Source of the DNA: Candidatus Latescibacterota bacterium
GTDB taxonomy: Bacteria > Latescibacterota > UBA2968 > GCA-2709665
Assembly: GCA_965203805.1 (NCBI GenBank)
Contig: OZ241917.1
Location: 4,480,001-4,544,000 of the forward strand
Reading direction: 5' to 3'
DNA length: 64,000 bases
Positions 61,916 through 64,000 of this stretch are shown here, piece after piece. The translations under genes and the position numbers were made by a program. Below the pieces are notes generated by a model. It made no database searches and was not told where the DNA came from. It worked only from the letters and a program-made list of their open reading frames with translations. Every line of letters begins with the position of its first letter. Position 1 is the first letter of the stretch.

Positions 61916-62860
61916 ATGGCACATGAGGCACCTGGAAAGCATTATCGAGAGGGCTTGTCGTTGGTGAAACTGTTTGACATGTTTCCTGATGATGCATCTG
62001 CAGAAGCATTTTTCATGCAGGCAAGATGGCCTGATGGTCCTGTCTGTCCGCACTGCAATTCTGACAATATTCAGGTTGGCATTGCTCACAAAACCATGCC
62101 TATGCGGTGTAGGAGGAACGGTTGTCGGAAGCGTTTTAGTGTGAGAGTTGGTACGGCAATGGAGTCTTCAAAACTGGGATATAGGGTCTGGATTATAGCT
62201 ATTTATCTGATGACAACCAGTTTGAAGGGCGTGTCTTCTATGAAACTTCACAGAGACTTGGAAGTAGCTCAGAAGAGTGCCTGGCACCTGGCTCATAGAA
62301 TCAGGAAGGGTCTTGTTTCTGGTAGTGAGTTTTTCTCTGGACCGGTAGAGGTTGATGAAACGTACGTCGGGGGCAAAGAGTCGAACAAGCATGCCAGTGA
62401 GAAGTTGAGAGCAGGACGTGGGACTGTGGGGAAGGCCCCAGTCGTTGGAGCTAAGGATAGGGAGACAGGTCGTGTGAAAGCAGAGGTGTCTGAGAATGTT
62501 ACTGGTGAGAATATGAGAGACTTTATTCGCCGCAGTGTTCGGCAGGGTGCAGAGGTTTTTACTGACGAGTCTACTGTTTATAGAGGACTGTCAGGGGTAC
62601 ATCATAAGCAGGTAAAGCACAGTGCTGGTGAGTATGTAAATGACCTTTGCAGTACAAACGGCTTGGAAAGCTTTTGGTCTATGCTGAAGCGTGGTTATAA
62701 TGGTACGTATCACAAGATGTCTGTAAAGCATCTTGCAAGGTATGTAAATGAGTTTGCAGGTAGACACAACATCCGCGAGTTCGACACGCTGGCGCAGATG
62801 GAAAAGGTTGCTCAGGCTATGGTCGGCAAGCGACTCAAATACAAGGAACTGACAGCATGA
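61916..62860 (+). CDS. IS1595 family transposase (zinc ribbon plus ISXO2-like DDE domain)
   Basis: RWPDGPVCPHC, CRRNGC, VEVDETYVGG, VFTDE, NGLESFWSMLKRG and HKMSVKHL motifs. Confidence 0.95.
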   Translation: MAHEAPGKHYREGLSLVKLFDMFPDDASAEAFFMQARWPDGPVCPHCNSDNIQVGIAHKTMPMRCRRNGCRKRFSVRVGTAMESSKLGYRVWIIAIYLMTTSLKGVSSMKLHRDLEVAQKSAWHLAHRIRKGLVSGSEFFSGPVEVDETYVGGKESNKHASEKLRAGRGTVGKAPVVGAKDRETGRVKAEVSENVTGENMRDFIRRSVRQGAEVFTDESTVYRGLSGVHHKQVKHSAGEYVNDLCSTNGLESFWSMLKRGYNGTYHKMSVKHLARYVNEFAGRHNIREFDTLAQMEKVAQAMVGKRLKYKELTA

Positions 62861-63054
62861 CTAAGGTTGTTGAAGGTCGCGTAGATCCAATCGAATTTGA
62901 GAAAAGAGCAGTCGAACGAGATCTCGCTGCTTTGTCGAAAGCCCTGGCTGCGATCTTAAACGAGACTCGTGCTTCTTCATCTTTTCCAAAAAAGACTGTA
63001 TGGGGTCGAATATCTTCGTGGTTTCGTCACCCCCTTCGAGATCAGAAACTGTAA
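62857..63054 (+). CDS. Small hypothetical protein A1, antisense to B1
   Basis: ATGA overlap with the transposase stop; weak similarity to 63284..63475. Confidence 0.4.
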   Translation: MTKVVEGRVDPIEFEKRAVERDLAALSKALAAILNETRASSSFPKKTVWGRISSWFRHPLRDQKL

Positions 63055-63172
63055 GAGAGAGAGCCACATTATACCTTGAAAGAACTTCGGCAATATCGTC
63101 TATTTCGTAGTCCTCAAACTTAGACAACTGATTTTCAATTCTCCTTTTACTCACGAGGTTTTCCCCTTTCAT
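62861..63172 (-). CDS. Small helical hypothetical protein B1
   Basis: Paralog of 63288..63560 (KF.D...AL..TV..L...DP...FLE...LS..QRD). Confidence 0.6.
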   Translation of the reverse strand: MKGENLVSKRRIENQLSKFEDYEIDDIAEVLSRYNVALSLTVSDLEGGDETTKIFDPIQSFLEKMKKHESRLRSQPGLSTKQRDLVRLLFSQIRLDLRDLQQP

Positions 63173-63283
63173 GAAAAAAGCCCTGAGGGCGTAGCATACC
63201 AGTCTCCTTGTAGTTTAAACTCTAACGAAGAAAGTAGGCGGCGTGCTTTTCCAGACTCCGCAGGAACGAAGGGAGTTGATAGC

Positions 63284-63475
63284 GTGGTCAAGACTGTCGA
63301 TGACCGTCAAGAACGCCGGCGCGAAGTGTTGAATGCAGAGTTTTTAAAAAATCGCGCTGCGGTGAAGAAAGGGCTTGAACAGTTTGTATCTCATCTACCT
63401 GAAAGTCCAACTCTTCAAGAAACGCCTTTACGGGATCTGGTTTCTGAGATATATCGTCGAGTTCTAAGACGGTAA
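63284..63475 (+). CDS. Small hypothetical protein A2, antisense to B2
   Basis: AAGGGAG RBS before GTG; same register as A1. Confidence 0.4.
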   Translation: MVKTVDDRQERRREVLNAEFLKNRAAVKKGLEQFVSHLPESPTLQETPLRDLVSEIYRRVLRR

Positions 63476-63560
63476 ACTGTAGGGCGGTGACGAACGCTCC
63501 TATAGAGTCCTCAATGCCTCTGAATAGATCATCGAATTTGGGACCCTGTTTTCTGGCCAT
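63288..63560 (-). CDS. Small helical hypothetical protein B2
   Basis: AGGAG RBS; paralog of B1. Confidence 0.6.
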   Translation of the reverse strand: MARKQGPKFDDLFRGIEDSIGAFVTALQFTVLELDDISQKPDPVKAFLEELDFQVDEIQTVQALSSPQRDFLKTLHSTLRAGVLDGHRQS

Positions 63561-63629
63561 TGAGGCTCCTCTGGGTAGAAAGAAGGGAAGAGAAGTGGAT
63601 TTTCCGGAGGAAGTTTACTGGATTGATTG

Positions 63630-63950
63630 TTACCTCAGTGTATCAATCCTGTCAGTAAACCTGCTTCTGGCCTTATTATGAGCCAGGATTCTGGAATAAT
63701 CGCCACCACCTCTGTAAGAATACATGTTCGCTCTGCTTCTTATCCTATTTCTCGCATCTCTTGGAAGGTGGTTAGTAATTTCTGCAACAATAGTTTCCAG
63801 AAATACAACCTGACCCTCCAGCTCTGTTATTCTTTGCTGGTCAGAAGCATTTGAAGCTCTTCCCGGACCGGCAAGAATAAGTACAGAAACCAAAAGGACA
63901 ACGAGAGTAATACCTACAATGCTTTTGAGGAGAGTGCCGAACCCTTCCAT
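63630..63950 (-). CDS. Hypothetical protein with an N-terminal TM/signal segment and short coiled coil
   Basis: AGGAGG RBS before ATG 63950; ITLVVLLVSVLILAG. Confidence 0.55.
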   Translation of the reverse strand: MEGFGTLLKSIVGITLVVLLVSVLILAGPGRASNASDQQRITELEGQVVFLETIVAEITNHLPRDARNRIRSRANMYSYRGGGDYSRILAHNKARSRFTDRIDTLR

Positions 63951-64000
63951 CGCAAGCCTCCTAACGATGATGTGGACATTTTTGGTACCTGGCAAAAGGT

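Larger units (their letters stand above)
61812..64000 (+). mobile_element. IS1595-family element with passenger genes; right end not seen in the window
   Basis: GC drop at ~61800, candidate left end GGGGATTATAACTTAA, transposase followed by small lower-GC ORFs. Confidence 0.55.

Noticed and set aside
63690-63705. ATAATCGCC as the right end of IS1595
   Set aside because: Only a short partial match, inside an ORF, with no target duplication.

Overview
GC-rich bacterial chromosomal window. The gene content (many PhyH dioxygenases, Gfo/Idh/MocA oxidoreductases, a DUF6785 membrane protein, giant heparinase-like proteins) resembles Latescibacterota/Poribacteria-type organisms, but that is inference only. 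About 1-44 kb is mostly polysaccharide/glycosaminoglycan catabolism: three paralogous ~1250-aa lyase-like/beta-propeller proteins, a DUF4962 lyase, a heparinase II-like lyase, a BNR-repeat protein and DUF4838. It is interrupted by a lower-GC GntR-S41 peptidase-ECF sigma-ABC permease block (~11.8-19.3 kb) and small toxin modules. About 44.5-64 kb is accessory DNA: an AT-rich islet (Abi-alpha-like gene, TIGR04255 three-gene cassette), an ECF/anti-sigma operon, a RAYT transposase inside five ~143-bp REP-doublet units, an SNF2-DUF3883 helicase, a tiny GIY-YIG gene that shares a promoter/operator with a HigB/HigA-ImmA module, pseudogene debris, and an IS1595-family element whose cargo includes a duplicated sense/antisense ORF pair. 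No rRNA, tRNA or CRISPR array was recognised. All family calls come from reading motifs by eye, not from database searches.
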